Positions 62,053-64,000 of a stretch of DNA of 64,000 nucleotides are shown here, one piece after another. Under the pieces are notes generated by a model. It saw only the letters and a list, made by a program, of their open reading frames with translations, was not told where the DNA came from and made no database searches. Position 1 is the stretch's first letter. Each line of letters begins with the position of its first letter. The stretch is from contig NC_083281.1 in NCBI RefSeq assembly GCF_963506605.1, positions 50,468,001 through 50,532,000 of the forward strand. The letters run 5' to 3'. Source of the stretch: Zootoca vivipara. Lineage: Eukaryota. A program made the translations under genes and the position numbers.

Positions 62053-63587
62053 CCGTGTTTCCCCTTTTTTAAGACACCGTCTTATAACTTTTTTCCCTCA
62101 AAAAAACACACAGTGGCTTATTTTCAGGGGGTGTCTTTTTTTAAAAAAAAAAGTGCTGGTACAACTGGGACCCACTGGCTCAGGATGCTCGGTGCTCTCT
62201 TCTGCACATTGCTGGGCGCGTTGTTGGCGCTGCCAGTTCCGAGCGCCTGCAGGGTGGGGTGGGGGTGGCAGTGCTTTAAACCCCCAACCCTGTAGAAAGC
62301 AATGGAAGTTATGGACTGTAACAATCCTTAAGAGGCGCAGGTCTTAAAAAACCCCTGGTATCACCCTTGAAGCACAGCCTTCCAAAGTCAGGGGGGAATA
62401 GGTCTGTTTAGACAAAGGAAAGGATCGGGGGTGATTCTGTGCCCTGGGACCCACAGAACTACTTTAAAAATCCCAACCTGGGGGGGGGGTCAAATAGTGA
62501 AGCCCCATAGCCCTGTAGCAACAGAAGGCACATTCTGAAGCACCCGAGCTGTTCGGTTCCATAAAAAATCCAGGAATTGTAAAATTAACAACAATAATGG
62601 GGGGGCACTCTATCCAAAGAGTTAAGAAGGAATGGGAAAGTGTTGAGTTATATATGGAAAAATATGGAAAGGAAAGTTAGTTAAAGATAAAAAATAAATA
62701 ATTATCGCAAGGGGAAAAATAACATCATAAAGGGTAATAATATTAAATATAAAATAGACAACACAACAGAAAAAGCAAGTATATGACTAAATGAGATCGC
62801 ACAGGAGTGAGGGAAGTGGGGAGAGAGGGAGGGGGGTAAGGAATGGAAGGAGGCAATGGTTGGAGGAGGGTATAGGGGGATGAATTAAAGGAAAATTAAG
62901 ACTGAGAAGCGCATGGTTTTTGTTTTTTAAAGATGCAAAGGCTTGCAATCAGCCAAAGTATAGAGCCCAACTTCTAGGAGACTGCGATCTACTTGCGGAT
63001 TTATAAACTGGAGGTGATCTACCCCCGTTATATTGGTGTTCAGGTCAGAGTTGTTTTTAGAGAGAGGAAATATCCCATTTTTGAGGTTAAAGTAAAAGTT
63101 CCTGACCTTTTTTTTATAATGAGGAAATGCTGCTAAAACTCCGTTCTTCATTCCACGAAGGGGAGAGGGGGCGGGGCCGGGTGCTCAAAGACAAAAGAAA
63201 TGGAAAAGGAGATAGCGATCAAATCCAGCCTCGCATTCATGCAGCCGTCGGGAGAGGCAGGGGCTGCAGCCGAGTGCTGCTTCACAAACAAACGGGGGAA
63301 AGTGCTTAGAACCCAGAGAATCCAGCTGAAAAACACGAAGCAGCAACAGCAATTGCACACACACCATCCCAAGCCAGCACAGTAACCAAGTCCCAAAAGC
63401 AAGAAAGGACTCAGCAAACACTGCTGCGGCCGGCGTTGCTGCTGCTGACTCGGGGAGCTCAGTGATCTCTTCCGCACAGCGCCTATCACTATGGCTTATT
63501 TTCGGGGTACGGTTTATATTTCTCAAATGCTTAGAAATGCTGCTATGGCTTATTTTATGACTACGCCTTAAAAAGGGGGAAACACGG
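62053..63587. mobile_element. 1.5-kb non-autonomous Tc1/mariner-superfamily (Tc2/pogo-like) element with heterogeneous interior
   Basis: TA|CCGTGTTTCCCCTTTTTTAAG...CTTAAAAAGGGGGAAACACGG|TA; subterminal TGGCTTATTTT repeats near both ends; no transposase ORF. Confidence 0.8.
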
Positions 63588-64000
63588 TATATGCAATATA
63601 TGTTGAGTTATATCTGACCAAATCATATTCAGCGTAGATCCATTGAAATTAATGGAGTGGATGGACACATTTATGCCATTTATATCTCCTCCAGCACAGC
63701 GGAATGGGGAGTTTGGATTGCACTGCCTGTAAGGTAGTAATATTTCTGGAATTTCAGTACTTTAGTTGTACTACCCATGTTGATGGTCGTCACTACTTGT
63801 GGGAGTGAATTCCATAGTTTTAACTGTGTGCTGTGCTTTTATAAAACCCAGTCTTAAAAAACAATACCGTATGTTGTGCGAAGATGTACTTTCAGTCCTT
63901 TAGTTCTTACATTTATGTTTTTTTTCTGTATACTTTGAAAATGGATTAGATTTATGATGTGTCCGTATGCTAGTATGTTCTCACAAAAACAATATTAAAA

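Overview
Vertebrate genomic DNA, most likely a lacertid lizard (four Sauria-type SINEs, a Bov-B 3' end, squamate-type MITEs). From recalled gene order, it is syntenic with the human 16q23 CMC2-CENPN-ATMIN-C16orf46 block, here in inverted orientation. Genes: an intronless glycogen-targeting PP1 subunit of the PPP1R3D/E type (-, 3065-4144); C16orf46 (+, CpG-island promoter ~11.7-12.1 kb, coding exons 15855-16064 and 21552-22706); ATMIN (-, 4 exons, 816 aa); CENPN (-, 10 coding exons, 346 aa); and the CENPN/CMC2 bidirectional promoter (~61.6-61.9 kb). Exon boundaries were read by hand from GT-AG sites and phase. Main observations: (1) a diverged tandem duplicate of the C16orf46 terminal exon (26480-27175) with an intact in-phase splice acceptor, a candidate alternative last exon; (2) a PPP1R3 gene at a position where I recall none in human, preceded by a strong-Kozak uORF; (3) three hAT MITEs serially inserted into one 8-bp target, forming a ~400-bp inverted repeat; (4) GC-rich MITEs carrying NRF1/ETS motifs. 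Homologies come from recalled sequences; no database search was run.
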